From Arthrobacter sp. (GTDB lineage Bacteria > Actinomycetota > Actinomycetes > Actinomycetales > Micrococcaceae), in assembly GCA_035254945.1 (NCBI GenBank), contig DATFAE010000022.1:7691-71690 (forward strand): a DNA stretch of 64,000 bases, in the 5' to 3' direction. Position numbers and translations under genes: made by a program. Under the pieces are notes generated by a model, which did not search any database, was not told the origin of the DNA, and saw nothing but the letters and a program-made list of their open reading frames with translations. This document shows, one piece after another, positions 19,599-29,094 of this stretch. Each line of letters opens with the position of its first letter. The stretch's first letter is position 1.

Positions 19599-20378
19599 TT
19601 GACCGATCCTGCTGTTCCAGCACAGAGCCCGTTCAACCCGGCCATCCACCGGATTGGGCGGGTGCTCTGTTTCGCGGCCCACCCTGACGACATCGACTTC
19701 GGCGCGGCCGGCACCATCGCGGCCTGGACAGCGGCAGGGGTGCAGGTCAGCTACTGCATCATGACCGACGGCGACGCCGGCGGCTTCGATCCCGCCCACC
19801 GGCCGGAAATCATCGCCCTGCGCGCCGCCGAACAGCTCCGGGCAGCAGAACTCGTGGGCGTTTCGGACATCCACTACCTTCACCAGCGGGACGGCTACCT
19901 GGAACCCTCACACGAAGTGATTAAGGGCGTGGTCAAGCTCATCAGGCAGCTCCGGCCCGACGTCGTCCTTGCCATGCATCCTGAGCGCAACTGGAAGCGG
20001 CTCCAGAAGAGCCACCCGGACCACCTGGCGGTCGGCGAAGCGGTCACACGGGCCGTCTACCCTGCTGTGGAGAATACATTCGCTTACCCGGAAATTGCCG
20101 AAGCCGGGCTGGAAGCCTATAAGCTCCCATGGCTCTGGCTGTATGCGGGGCCGGAGGAGCGGGAAAACCACTTCGTTGATGTCACGGACCATGTGGACAA
20201 CAAGCTGAAGGCCATCCATGTCCATGTCAGCCAGCACCCCGATGTCGAGGCGATGGAAGCAGCCGTCCGCGGCGGGATGCAGGCCAATGCCGGGCGGGCA
20301 GGGCTGCCGGCGGGCAGCAGCGCCGAGGCGTTCCACGTAGTGGCAGTCAACGGACCGGGAACCATCGCCGGCTTTTAG
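19599..20378 (+). CDS. PIG-L/LmbE family N-acetyl deacetylase
   Basis: AHPDDIDFG and HPDHLAVG metal-binding motifs, TDGDAG. Confidence 0.88.
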   Translation: MTDPAVPAQSPFNPAIHRIGRVLCFAAHPDDIDFGAAGTIAAWTAAGVQVSYCIMTDGDAGGFDPAHRPEIIALRAAEQLRAAELVGVSDIHYLHQRDGYLEPSHEVIKGVVKLIRQLRPDVVLAMHPERNWKRLQKSHPDHLAVGEAVTRAVYPAVENTFAYPEIAEAGLEAYKLPWLWLYAGPEERENHFVDVTDHVDNKLKAIHVHVSQHPDVEAMEAAVRGGMQANAGRAGLPAGSSAEAFHVVAVNGPGTIAGF

Positions 20379-20420
20379 GACCTGACTCAGAGCTGATCAT
20401 GCCCGGGCAGACCCAGTAAC

Positions 20421-20467
20421 AAAAAGAACCCACGGCGCCCTCCTGGGAGGGCGCCGCGGGTTCTTTG
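20421..20467. terminator. Bidirectional terminator between convergent genes
   Basis: AAAGAACCCACGGCGCCCTCC-TG-GGAGGGCGCCGCGGGTTCTTT with A and T flanks. Confidence 0.8.
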
Positions 20468-20494
20468 TCTCCAGCGGAAGCCAGGTGTGACGGC

Positions 20495-21361
20495 TTAGGT
20501 GCTGAGCGTCGCGGCAGCAACTGTGGGGAACGTCGGGGAGGCCGAGCCTCCCACGGGCTCCACGGTGATGCCCAGTGCTGCAGCGGAAGAGATGCCCTTC
20601 ACCACGGCAGGCTTGGACAGCGCCGCTTCGTCCATCAGGCCCTGCGAAACGGGCGCAGAACCGTCCTTGGGGATCAGCCACATCTGGTACACCTTGCCGG
20701 CCGGCGGCGCGGGAACCCCGTTCATCTTGACCACAACGGCGTCCCTGGACGGTGAAATCAGGACCGTCGCGGTTCCACCGGCGGAAACGGGCACCGACGC
20801 TTCACGGACATCGTCTGCCCGGACCACCTGGTTCAGCGGATCATTCTGGTCCGCAATATAGGCGCCAACGCCCACACCGCCAAGGGCGATCACAGCCGCG
20901 GCGGCGACGCCGGCGAGCCACCGGCGCGGACCTGCTTGCCGGCGTCGTTCGTCCCTGCGCTGCCGGGCTGCGGCAAGATCGTCGCCCTCCGCCAAGGGGG
21001 CGGGCTGGTGCAGCGGCGCGGCCGGAGCTGCCTCCTGCCCATCTGCGGGGGCCAGTCCGGAACCCTGTGCCGGGAGCTGCGCCACGATGCGGGCAAAGAG
21101 GTCCGACGGCGGCTCTTCCTCGGCCGTGAACGTCACGGCCAGCGTCTCCCGTGCCTGGCGCACACGCTCCTGGAACGATCCCCGCTCAGCCTCCGGGGCG
21201 GAGGAGATGTATTGGTCAATGGCCGAGCGCTCGGCGTCGGTCACCGCATCCAGGGCGTACAGTTCCGCCAGGTCCACTGCACGGCCTGATTCAAGGTCGG
21301 CCGGAACCGTCTCGCCGAAGGTGCCCCGGCGGCTGCCTCCCTGATTGTTCATTTCTGTCAT
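20495..21361 (-). CDS. rskA: Anti-sigma-K factor RskA
   Basis: LAELYALDAV..ER, TM helix WLAGVAAAAVIAL, C-terminal VYQMWLI..ALGITVEPVGGS..PT; 1 nt downstream of sigK. Confidence 0.88.
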   Translation of the reverse strand: MTEMNNQGGSRRGTFGETVPADLESGRAVDLAELYALDAVTDAERSAIDQYISSAPEAERGSFQERVRQARETLAVTFTAEEEPPSDLFARIVAQLPAQGSGLAPADGQEAAPAAPLHQPAPLAEGDDLAAARQRRDERRRQAGPRRWLAGVAAAAVIALGGVGVGAYIADQNDPLNQVVRADDVREASVPVSAGGTATVLISPSRDAVVVKMNGVPAPPAGKVYQMWLIPKDGSAPVSQGLMDEAALSKPAVVKGISSAAALGITVEPVGGSASPTFPTVAAATLST

Positions 21362-21362
21362 C

Positions 21363-21971
21363 TCAACTCACCCCCAAACAGGTCTTCAAGCGGATCAGTC
21401 CATCGCGGATGCGGGACTTGATGGTGGGTACTGCCGCATTCAGCCGTTCCGCGACCTCCCGGTAGGTGAGCCCGCCGTAATAGGCAAGCCGGACAGATTC
21501 CTGCTGCGTATCGGTCAGTGTTTCCAGGCAGCGGACCACGGCCTCTGCCTCGAGCTTGCTGCCCACCTCATCGGACACGGAATCGTGGTCGATCTCCTGG
21601 CTGCTCGCCCCATAACGGGCTTCGCGGTCCGTGGAGGACTGCGAGGACCGGACTTTGTCCACCGCCCGCCTGTGCGAGATGGTCATCAGCCAGGACAGGG
21701 CACTTCCGGCGTCGGGGTTGAACTTCGCGGCGTTCTGCCAGACCTGGATGAACACCTCCTGGGTGGTGTCCTCGCTGAGCTCGGGATCGATCAGGACCCT
21801 GCGCGCCATGCCGAACACCCGGCGGGAGGTCAGCTGGTAGAACTCTGCGAACGCATCCTGGTCGCCATGGGCAATGCGGCCAAGCAGTGTTGCAAGACGC
21901 TGGCTGATGTCGGACGGCGAGTCTGTCACGGCTGCAGGGGCCTCAGAATTTGGCGCGTTGGGAGTTTCCAT
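21363..21971 (-). CDS. sigK: ECF sigma factor SigK
   Basis: GDQDAFAEFY, SEDTTQEVFIQVW, WLMTISHRRAVDKVRS, LAYYGGLTYREVAERL, TIKSRIRDGL; two Cys (VRCL, KTCL); RBS GGAGGTG. Confidence 0.9.
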   Translation of the reverse strand: METPNAPNSEAPAAVTDSPSDISQRLATLLGRIAHGDQDAFAEFYQLTSRRVFGMARRVLIDPELSEDTTQEVFIQVWQNAAKFNPDAGSALSWLMTISHRRAVDKVRSSQSSTDREARYGASSQEIDHDSVSDEVGSKLEAEAVVRCLETLTDTQQESVRLAYYGGLTYREVAERLNAAVPTIKSRIRDGLIRLKTCLGVS

Positions 21972-22123
21972 CACCTCCAAGCATAGGTGTCTGGAGATCG
22001 TTTCAGGAGCAGCCCGGCCAGAGGCGGCGCAGGCGCCCAGCCGGCCCGGCCGATCCGTAACCCTAACGGCCTCCACTGCCCTCACCTGCCGCTCCTGTCC
22101 ACTGTGGAATGTCCTCAGGAGTG

Positions 22124-22151
22124 ATTCGTGCCAGGCATGGTTACGGATTGG
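22124..22151 (-). promoter_or_regulatory. SigK-type autoregulatory promoter
   Basis: Minus strand CCAATCC-16 nt-CGAAT, resembling the mycobacterial SigK CATCC/CCGAA elements, upstream of sigK. Confidence 0.6.
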
Positions 22152-22210
22152 CCACATTCAGGAAAAAATCCGGCGGGCTCAGCCGTGACGCTCCGGTCCG
22201 GCACCGTGCT

Positions 22211-22230
22211 CAGGTCAGGTCAGGTCAGGT
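22211..22230. repeat. (CAGGT)4 pentanucleotide tandem repeat spanning the trmL stop codon
   Basis: caggtcaggtcaggtcaggt read directly. Confidence 0.9.
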
Positions 22231-22692
22231 CCTGGCGCCGGCGAAGCCTTGTTGCCGCCAGGCCTCATAAACTGCGATGGAGGCAGCATTCGCAAGGTTG
22301 AGCGACCGAAGGGCCGGAAGCATGGGCAGCCGCACCGTGGAGGTCACGTGGGGGTCCTGCTTGACGTGTTCGGGCAGCCCGACGGATTCCTGGCCGAACA
22401 TCAGGACATCACCGGGCTGGTAGGCGATGTCCGTGTAGCTGGCCGTTCCGTCCGAGGTGAACGCATACACATGCTCCGGCCGGAGGGCGGCCCAGGCATC
22501 CTCGATGCTCTTATGCACTGTCACCACTGCGAGGTCGTGATAGTCCAGGCCTGCCCGGCGGAGCTTCGCATCGGAGAAGTCGAAGCCCAGCGGTTCCACC
22601 AGGTGCAGCTCGGCGCCGGTAATGGCTGCCAGCCGGATGGCGTTACCGGTGTTGCCAGGAATTTCAGGGGAGTGGAAGAGGATGCGGAACAC
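22225..22692 (-). CDS. trmL: tRNA (cytidine/uridine-34 2'-O)-methyltransferase TrmL (SPOUT)
   Basis: PEIPGNTGNAIRL, LRRAGLDY, FGQESVGLP, RSLNLANA; TAGGAT -10 six nt before GTG. Confidence 0.93.
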   Translation of the reverse strand: MFRILFHSPEIPGNTGNAIRLAAITGAELHLVEPLGFDFSDAKLRRAGLDYHDLAVVTVHKSIEDAWAALRPEHVYAFTSDGTASYTDIAYQPGDVLMFGQESVGLPEHVKQDPHVTSTVRLPMLPALRSLNLANAASIAVYEAWRQQGFAGART

Positions 22693-22714
22693 CCTCCCAT
22701 CCTAGTCAATGCCG

Positions 22715-23674
22715 TCAGTGCATGCCCCGCAGGAGCCTGGCGAGCACGGACACGTTGACGGTGTTGGGTGCCGGGCCCGAGGAGAGGAACTGCTTGAGGC
22801 CCCGGACCAGCCCGGCAGCATTCACCACCTGGACAGTCTCGAGGGCACCCGCTGATCTTCGGTGGCGGTCGATCACCGGCTCATGCAGGTTCCCGTCGGG
22901 GCTGTGCACCACCGTCCAGCCTGTGACGTTCAGTTCAGGGAAGATGTCCTGCATGGCACGGACCACGTGCGCCAGCTGCGGAGGAGGGATGGAACGCCCG
23001 CCGTGATTAAGGGTGCGGCCGTCCCAGGCGTAGGCACCCTTGGGCAGGAGCATGGACCCGATGATCGCCAGGCGGTAGCCGGACAGCAGCGCATGATCGA
23101 TATGGCTGTTGTCCGCCGGTGACTGCAATCCGTTGATCAGCCGTGCGGCCGGGATGGCAGGCAGGACCTGGCGGCTGATCAGCTGCACAGTCCGCATTTC
23201 ACGCTGGATGCGTGCCTCAGCGCCGAAGATGCCGCGTTTCCGCGGCATGCCGTGGACCTGTTGGCTGGCCTGGGTGAGGGGGATCAGAGGCACCGTGCCG
23301 GCGCTCTCGAACTCCGCAGCGTCATAGGGCGGCACGTAGACAGGGGCGTCGCCGGCGGTGTTGCGGGGCGTGTTGGGACGGTGGACCGTGGCGGACGCGT
23401 GACTTCCGGCCGCCGGCGCGTCAAAGTGCGGACCGGCATCTCCGTTGCCGGAACCGCCGGTACCGGCGGCGTAGGAACGGTCGTAGGCGTTCCTGCGCGT
23501 GGGATCGATCAGCGTCTCGTAAGCCGCTGTGACACGCCGGAACGCGGCGGCGTCGCCACCATGATCGGGGTGTGCCCGGCGTGCCGCGCGGCGATAAGCA
23601 ACTTTGATCTCCTTCTCGGTGGCTGTCACGGCGACGCGGAGCACCTGGTAATGGGAGTTGCTGCTCTCGGTCAA
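22715..23674 (-). CDS. J-domain protein fused to a degenerate NERD/PD-(D/E)xK-like domain
   Basis: HYQVLRV..EIKVAYRRAARRAHPDHGG..YETLIDP..R..YD J-domain; C-terminal INGL..IDHALL..IIGSM..YAWDG; TTG start after RBS AAAGGA. Confidence 0.75.
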   Translation of the reverse strand: MTESSNSHYQVLRVAVTATEKEIKVAYRRAARRAHPDHGGDAAAFRRVTAAYETLIDPTRRNAYDRSYAAGTGGSGNGDAGPHFDAPAAGSHASATVHRPNTPRNTAGDAPVYVPPYDAAEFESAGTVPLIPLTQASQQVHGMPRKRGIFGAEARIQREMRTVQLISRQVLPAIPAARLINGLQSPADNSHIDHALLSGYRLAIIGSMLLPKGAYAWDGRTLNHGGRSIPPPQLAHVVRAMQDIFPELNVTGWTVVHSPDGNLHEPVIDRHRRSAGALETVQVVNAAGLVRGLKQFLSSGPAPNTVNVSVLARLLRGMH

Positions 23675-23741
23675 GCACTTGTCCTTTTCGTTAGTGTGGC
23701 CGGTCCACGGCGGCAGGCTGGGCCCATCGTCAGGTAGCCCC

Positions 23742-23764
23742 AGTTTAACGGCCCATTCTGACAA
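23742..23764 (-). promoter_or_regulatory. PafBC / RecA-NDp-type DNA-damage promoter
   Basis: Minus strand TTGTCAG-AATGGGCCGT-TAAACT fits TGTCRG-N10-TANNNT exactly. Confidence 0.65.
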
Positions 23765-23810
23765 CGTCCGCGGCGGCGGCCGGGGTTCCCGCGGCTGGCA
23801 TAATCAGCCC

Positions 23811-24719
23811 ATGATGATCGCCGTTGCCGTCAATCCCCGGGCATCCTCCGGGTCCCGGACGCATGCCGGCGCGCAGGCGGCTGACTACTTCCGGGCTGCA
23901 GGGGCCGACGTCCTGGAGCTGCGGGAACCCGGGTTCGCCCCGCTGGCATCAGCCGTGGAGCGGGCGCTCGCCGGCGGCCTGGATGCCCTCGTTGTGGTGG
24001 GCGGGGACGGCATGGTGCACCTCGCCGTGAACGCGCTGGCCGGCGCCGGATCCCGCGTGCCGCTCGGGATCGTACCCAGCGGGACCGGAAACGACGCTGC
24101 CCGGACGCTGGGACTGCCGTTGAACGACGTCGACGCTGCCTGCCGGAGAATCACCGCCGGCATGGCCACGGGCGGACGCGCCTTTGACCTGGGCCTGATT
24201 ACTGCGGACGGGGTCCCCCGCTGGTTCGCCGGGGTGCTGTCAGCGGGCTTTGACGCCGCTGTCAACGACCGCGCGAACGGGTGGCGCTGGCCGCGTGGCA
24301 ACGCCCGCTACAACCTTGCGATGCTCCGGGAACTGGTGACGTTCCGCGCCATCGAATATACGGTGACGGACTACACGGAAACAGGCGGCGGAGACAGCTG
24401 GCAGCAGGGGGCGATGCTTGTTTCCGTCGCCAACGGCCAGTCAATTGGCGGCGGGATGCGGATTACCCCGGATGCCCGGGTCGACGACGGGATGCTTGAC
24501 CTGTTTGTTGTCAGCCCGCTGTCCAGGGCACGCTTCCTGGCCGTGTTCCCGAAGGTTTTCAGCGGCCGGCATGTCGGGCATCCGGCGGTGGAGATCCGCC
24601 GCGTACGCAAGGTGCGGCTGTCCGCCCCCAGCGTCGTGGCATACGCCGACGGCGAACGGATCGGGCCGCTTCCGCTCACGGTTGAAGTGGTTCCGGGTGC
24701 CGTCCAGATCCTGGCATAG
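23811..24719 (+). CDS. Diacylglycerol kinase family lipid kinase (YegS/Rv2252-like)
   Basis: AVNPRA, VVGGDGMVH, GTGNDAARTL, GFDAAV, YADGE; CATAAT -10 six nt before ATG 23811. Confidence 0.88.
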   Translation: MMIAVAVNPRASSGSRTHAGAQAADYFRAAGADVLELREPGFAPLASAVERALAGGLDALVVVGGDGMVHLAVNALAGAGSRVPLGIVPSGTGNDAARTLGLPLNDVDAACRRITAGMATGGRAFDLGLITADGVPRWFAGVLSAGFDAAVNDRANGWRWPRGNARYNLAMLRELVTFRAIEYTVTDYTETGGGDSWQQGAMLVSVANGQSIGGGMRITPDARVDDGMLDLFVVSPLSRARFLAVFPKVFSGRHVGHPAVEIRRVRKVRLSAPSVVAYADGERIGPLPLTVEVVPGAVQILA

Positions 24720-24850
24720 CTGCACAGGGGCGGGACGCCGTCGGGCATGGATGCCTGCCGACGCCGGGTGACCGGGGCGTCTAGACTCTGTGAGGGGCCG
24801 GGCGGAAGCCGGCCGGTGGAGCCGGACAGCCGGCCAGGCATTGGGGTGGA

Positions 24851-25534
24851 ATGAAATCACGGGGGACCACGGCAACGTCCGCGACGGCGGTGCTCACCGC
24901 AGCACTGTTCGGAACCGCACTGTTGGGCGGCTGCACGGTTGAAGTGCCGGACCCGTCCGCCCCCACGGCGGAGCAGCCGGCTCCCGGGCCGGCCACCCCC
25001 ACCATAAAGCCAGGCCACGATGCGGAAGCGGTTGCAGCCAGGGACCTTCCTTTCGCCGCCGGTGGCACCCTCGCGCCGGACGCCCCGGTGGGTATTTCCG
25101 ACGGGCTGAAGGAAGCGCCGGGCTGGAAGCCGGTCAAGGAAAACGTGTCCGGCGAGAACCAGTACGCGAAGGGCGACGGCTGCCTCGTTGCCGCCAAGGT
25201 ACGGACAGGCCAGGCTCCCCTTGCCCTCGGGGATGACCGCGCGTCGACCGTTGGCCTCTTTGCCTACCTGGACCCGGGCATCCTGCCCCAGGACCTCAGG
25301 ACGGAAACCCTCCGTTGGGGCGGCGATCCGGACAAACCCGGCCCCCGCGTGGAGGTGCTGGTGCTGGATCAGCCTGCGGCGCAGGGAGCCAGGGCGAGGG
25401 CCGTCATGGCCCGCCTGTTCAGCACTCCCGCCTCGTCCGTCTACATTTCAGTCTCGTGCCCGGATGCGTCCACCCTCGCTGCCGCGCGGCAGGACGTGGC
25501 CGCGCGCCTGATCATCGTTCCCCCATCCACTTAA
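24851..25534 (+). CDS. Putative lipoprotein of unknown function
   Basis: Signal peptide with lipobox LGGC, then a Pro/Ala linker. Confidence 0.7.
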   Translation: MKSRGTTATSATAVLTAALFGTALLGGCTVEVPDPSAPTAEQPAPGPATPTIKPGHDAEAVAARDLPFAAGGTLAPDAPVGISDGLKEAPGWKPVKENVSGENQYAKGDGCLVAAKVRTGQAPLALGDDRASTVGLFAYLDPGILPQDLRTETLRWGGDPDKPGPRVEVLVLDQPAAQGARARAVMARLFSTPASSVYISVSCPDASTLAAARQDVAARLIIVPPST

Positions 25535-26426
25535 GCCTCTCTTCCCTTGCCTTGATTCCCGGGGATCTTTTGGACGGACGTGCGCTGGTGAGCAGGACGC
25601 CGCCAACCACCAGGAGTCCGCCCAGGATCTGGGGCACACTGATCGCCGTGCCCAGCAGGAAAGTGATGGCGGCCGTAAAGACCACCATGAGGTTCAGGTA
25701 ATTGCCTGCTGTTCCCGGGGCGGTCGTTTTGAGCGCCAGGTTCCACAGGAGGTAGGCACAGAGCGACGGGAAGACAGCGATGTAAGCCAACGACCAACCG
25801 CCGGCTGCCGTCTGCGGCAGCTGCGCTCCTGTTGCCACCGCCACCGGAGTGATGACGACGGTGGCCATGGCAACCTGAACCGCCGTCGCGGAGATCGCAG
25901 GGATTGGCAGACGGCGGGCGATGATGGTGTAGAAGCTCCACACGGCAACAGCACCAAGCATCAGGAGCTCACCCAGGTTGAAAGAGAACCTCACCAACCG
26001 CTGGATGTCCCCGCCGGTCAGGACCAGCAGGACCCCGGCAAGACCCAGCCCGATGCCTCCCCAGCCGAGGACACCCGGCCGGTCACCCAGCATCACGGCA
26101 GCCAGGACAACGATCAAAGCAGGGTTGGCCGCCGTGATGAGCGAGGCGTTCAACGCGGACGTGTGCTGCAGGGCGGTGTACAGGAGCAGCGTGTAGCCAC
26201 CCATGCCCAGGAAGCTAAGGAGCAGCAGCGTGGGCCAGTACCGCAGGACGGCCCGCCAATCGGGGCGGTCCACTAACTGGGCCAGGGCCAACAACGGCAG
26301 GGCAGCAATCGTCCAGCGCCAGAAGGTCAGTTCCACCGGGGTCATCGACGTCACGGCTGCCTGTCCCACCACAAAATTTCCGGACCAGAAAAGGGTGGCC
26401 AGCACCAGGTAGAGGGAGGCTTTCAC
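25512..26426 (-). CDS. DMT/EamA family transporter
   Basis: Ten hydrophobic helices, LFWSGNF, TFWRW, ASLITAANP, NYLNLMVVF. Confidence 0.9.
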   Translation of the reverse strand: MKASLYLVLATLFWSGNFVVGQAAVTSMTPVELTFWRWTIAALPLLALAQLVDRPDWRAVLRYWPTLLLLSFLGMGGYTLLLYTALQHTSALNASLITAANPALIVVLAAVMLGDRPGVLGWGGIGLGLAGVLLVLTGGDIQRLVRFSFNLGELLMLGAVAVWSFYTIIARRLPIPAISATAVQVAMATVVITPVAVATGAQLPQTAAGGWSLAYIAVFPSLCAYLLWNLALKTTAPGTAGNYLNLMVVFTAAITFLLGTAISVPQILGGLLVVGGVLLTSARPSKRSPGIKAREERLKWMGER

Positions 26427-26432
26427 CGCTCG

Positions 26433-26460
26433 AATCTATACCAGCGCAGGTGGCTAGAAT
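26433..26460. promoter_or_regulatory. Back-to-back leaderless promoters for EamA and iscS
   Basis: TAGATT (minus, 26433-38) and TAGAAT (plus, 26455-60), each exactly 6 nt from a GTG start. Confidence 0.65.
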
Positions 26461-26466
26461 TGATGG

Positions 26467-27696
26467 GTGCCTGTTTACCTGGACCATGCAGCAACCACGC
26501 CCCTCTCCGCGGAGGCGCTGGCTGCCATGACCCGCGAGCTGTCGCGCACCGGGAACCCTTCCTCCCTGCACGGCTCGGGGCGCCGGGCCCGCCGGGCAGT
26601 GGAAGACGCTCGGGAAGCACTTGCGGCGGCGGCCGGGGCGCATCCTTCAGAAGTCATTTTTACGTCGGGCGGCACGGAGGCTGACAACCTGGCTGTGAAG
26701 GGCCTTTTCTGGTCCCGATCGGGTGAGGACCCTGCCCGGCGGCGCATTCTTTGTTCCGCCGTCGAACACCATGCCGTGCAGGACACCGTGGAATGGCTGG
26801 AACGGCATGAGGGTGCCGAGGTGTCGTGGCTCGCCGTGGGCAGCGACGGCGTCGTGGACCTCGCTGCCTTGAAAGCCGAACTGGCGCGGGAACCGGAAAC
26901 CATTGCCCTGGTGACGGTGATGTGGGCCAACAACGAGGTAGGCAGCATCCAGCCCATTTCCGAAATTGTTGAGCTCGCGCACGCCGTCGGCGTGCCGGTC
27001 CATTCCGACGCCGTCCAGGCCTTCGGCTCGCTGCCTCTGAACTTCAAGGCCTCGGGGCTTGATGCAATGTCCGTTTCCGGCCATAAAATCGGTGGTCCGG
27101 TTGGGGTCGGTGCACTGCTGCTGGGGCGCGCCGTGAAGCTGACTCCTGTGCAGCATGGCGGCGGCCAGGAACGGGACGTCCGGTCCGGCACCCTCGACAC
27201 TGCCTCCATCGCAGCCTTCGCTGCCGCGGCGGAGGCTGTCACGGCGGGCCTTCCCGGCGAATCGGCCAGGATCTCGGCGCTCCGCGACCGGCTGATCGAC
27301 GGTGTCCGGGAGTGCGTTCCCGAGGCCGTCCTTCGGGGAGCCGCCGCCGGGGGACGGCTCCCCGGCAATGCGCATTTCACCTTCCCCGGCTGCGAAGGCG
27401 ATTCCCTGCTGTTCCTCCTGGACCTTGCCGGGGTGGAATCATCCACCGGATCTGCCTGCACCGCCGGGGTGCCGCGTCCCTCGCATGTGCTCCTGGCCAT
27501 GGGCCTGGACGAGGGAACCGCCCGGGGCGCCCAGCGTTTCAGCCTGGGCCACACGTCCACCGAAGCTGACGTTGACGCTCTGCTTGCCGCGCTTCCTGGT
27601 GCGTATGCCAGGGCCCGGGCAGCCGGGATGGCCGGTCACGAATCCTCCATCCAGACCGCAGGCACGGTGGCGCGTCAGGCCTCCGGCAGGAGCTGA
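26467..27696 (+). CDS. iscS: Cysteine desulfurase (IscS/NifS class V PLP enzyme)
   Basis: [54 protein letters not shown]. Confidence 0.93.
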   Translation: MPVYLDHAATTPLSAEALAAMTRELSRTGNPSSLHGSGRRARRAVEDAREALAAAAGAHPSEVIFTSGGTEADNLAVKGLFWSRSGEDPARRRILCSAVEHHAVQDTVEWLERHEGAEVSWLAVGSDGVVDLAALKAELAREPETIALVTVMWANNEVGSIQPISEIVELAHAVGVPVHSDAVQAFGSLPLNFKASGLDAMSVSGHKIGGPVGVGALLLGRAVKLTPVQHGGGQERDVRSGTLDTASIAAFAAAAEAVTAGLPGESARISALRDRLIDGVRECVPEAVLRGAAAGGRLPGNAHFTFPGCEGDSLLFLLDLAGVESSTGSACTAGVPRPSHVLLAMGLDEGTARGAQRFSLGHTSTEADVDALLAALPGAYARARAAGMAGHESSIQTAGTVARQASGRS

Positions 27697-28940
27697 TCCA
27701 GCCCCACTGACTCATCAGCCAGGCGGTCGGGGCTGACCTGAGTCCGGGCCGAGATGAGGGCCTTGATGGCTTTTTGCGCCCCCGGCTGGACCTTGCGCGG
27801 CCAGTTGACGTTCATCCCGGCCACCACCCGGGAGTCGCGCTGCCAGAAAGCGATGAACTCCTTGCGCTCCAACGAACCCCGGATGACGGGCTCCGCGCCG
27901 GCCGCAAGGGCGGCGAACCCGGAATACTCCATGCTGACGTCGAACTGGTCCGTATAGAAGTACGGGATGGTGCTGAGGGCGGCGTCCTGGCCGAGCATTG
28001 CCTTCGCGGCCACCTTGCCGCCGTTCAGCGCGTTGGACCAGTGCTCGCTGCGGTAGTGCTGGCCTGTGAACGGGTGCAGGGCGTTGGCAACGTCGCCTGC
28101 GGCGAAGATCCCCGGCACGCTGGTCCGCAACGACGCGTCCGTGACGATGCCATTGTCCACCTCCACGCCCGCCGCGAGCGCCAGTCCTGTTTCGGGTGTG
28201 ACCCCCACGGCAACTACGACAACATCGGCGGGGAGCAGCTCTCCGCTGTCAGTGACCACTCCCGAGACGGCGCCGTCCGTTCCGGTGATTTCGCGGGCCG
28301 ACGCGGGAAGCCGGAAGTGAACGCCGTGGGCTTCGTGGAGCGACTGGAAGAAGCGGCCCAGTTCCGGGCCGATGGCGCCGGCCAGCGGGATGGCCTCCAG
28401 GCCGAGCAGCGTGACGTTGTTTCCATAGGTTGCCGCTGCGGCGGCGAGCTCCATGCCGATCCAGCCGGAGCCGATCATCACCACGTTCTTTCCGCCCTGG
28501 TCCAGGGACTTCCGTAGCCGGCGGCTGTCGTCGAGCGTGCGGAAAGTGGTGACCCCTGACAACCCGCTCCCGGGCAGCGGAATCGTGCGGGGGACCGCGC
28601 CGGTGGCCAGCAGCAGCGAGCCGTACTTCAGTGAGGACCCGTCGCTGAGCAGCACCGACCTTGCATCCGGTCGTATGCCGGTGACGGAGACGCCCAGGCG
28701 GAGGTCGACGTCGTTCTCCGCGTACCAGCCCGGCGGCACCACCGCGGCTTTGTCTTCGCCTTCCTTGCCGAGCAGGTAGTCCTTTGACAGGGGAGGGCGA
28801 ATGTAGGGGTTGTGGCGCTCTATGCCAATCAGGATGACGGGGCCGGTGTGGCCCTCGGAGCGGAGCGTCCGTGCGGCCGTGGCCCCGGCCAGGCCAGCCC
28901 CAACAATCACGATGTTTCCGGCAGTCTGTCCTGCAGCCAT
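27675..28940 (-). CDS. NAD(P)/FAD-dependent oxidoreductase (ferredoxin-reductase type)
   Basis: [48 protein letters not shown]. Confidence 0.88.
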   Translation of the reverse strand: MAAGQTAGNIVIVGAGLAGATAARTLRSEGHTGPVILIGIERHNPYIRPPLSKDYLLGKEGEDKAAVVPPGWYAENDVDLRLGVSVTGIRPDARSVLLSDGSSLKYGSLLLATGAVPRTIPLPGSGLSGVTTFRTLDDSRRLRKSLDQGGKNVVMIGSGWIGMELAAAAATYGNNVTLLGLEAIPLAGAIGPELGRFFQSLHEAHGVHFRLPASAREITGTDGAVSGVVTDSGELLPADVVVVAVGVTPETGLALAAGVEVDNGIVTDASLRTSVPGIFAAGDVANALHPFTGQHYRSEHWSNALNGGKVAAKAMLGQDAALSTIPYFYTDQFDVSMEYSGFAALAAGAEPVIRGSLERKEFIAFWQRDSRVVAGMNVNWPRKVQPGAQKAIKALISARTQVSPDRLADESVGLDQLLPEA

Positions 28941-29094
28941 GGTGCATGCGCCTCCTGAAGATCCCTAGCTCAACTATGGCCGAACGCAGCAGGCATTAGA
29001 ATAGACGGGCGTGCATTGTGTTCCCTTAGCGGTGCAGCCAGGCCCAACAGCCCTTCACAACCCCAAACACACACTTCACCTACGGAAAGCCAGC

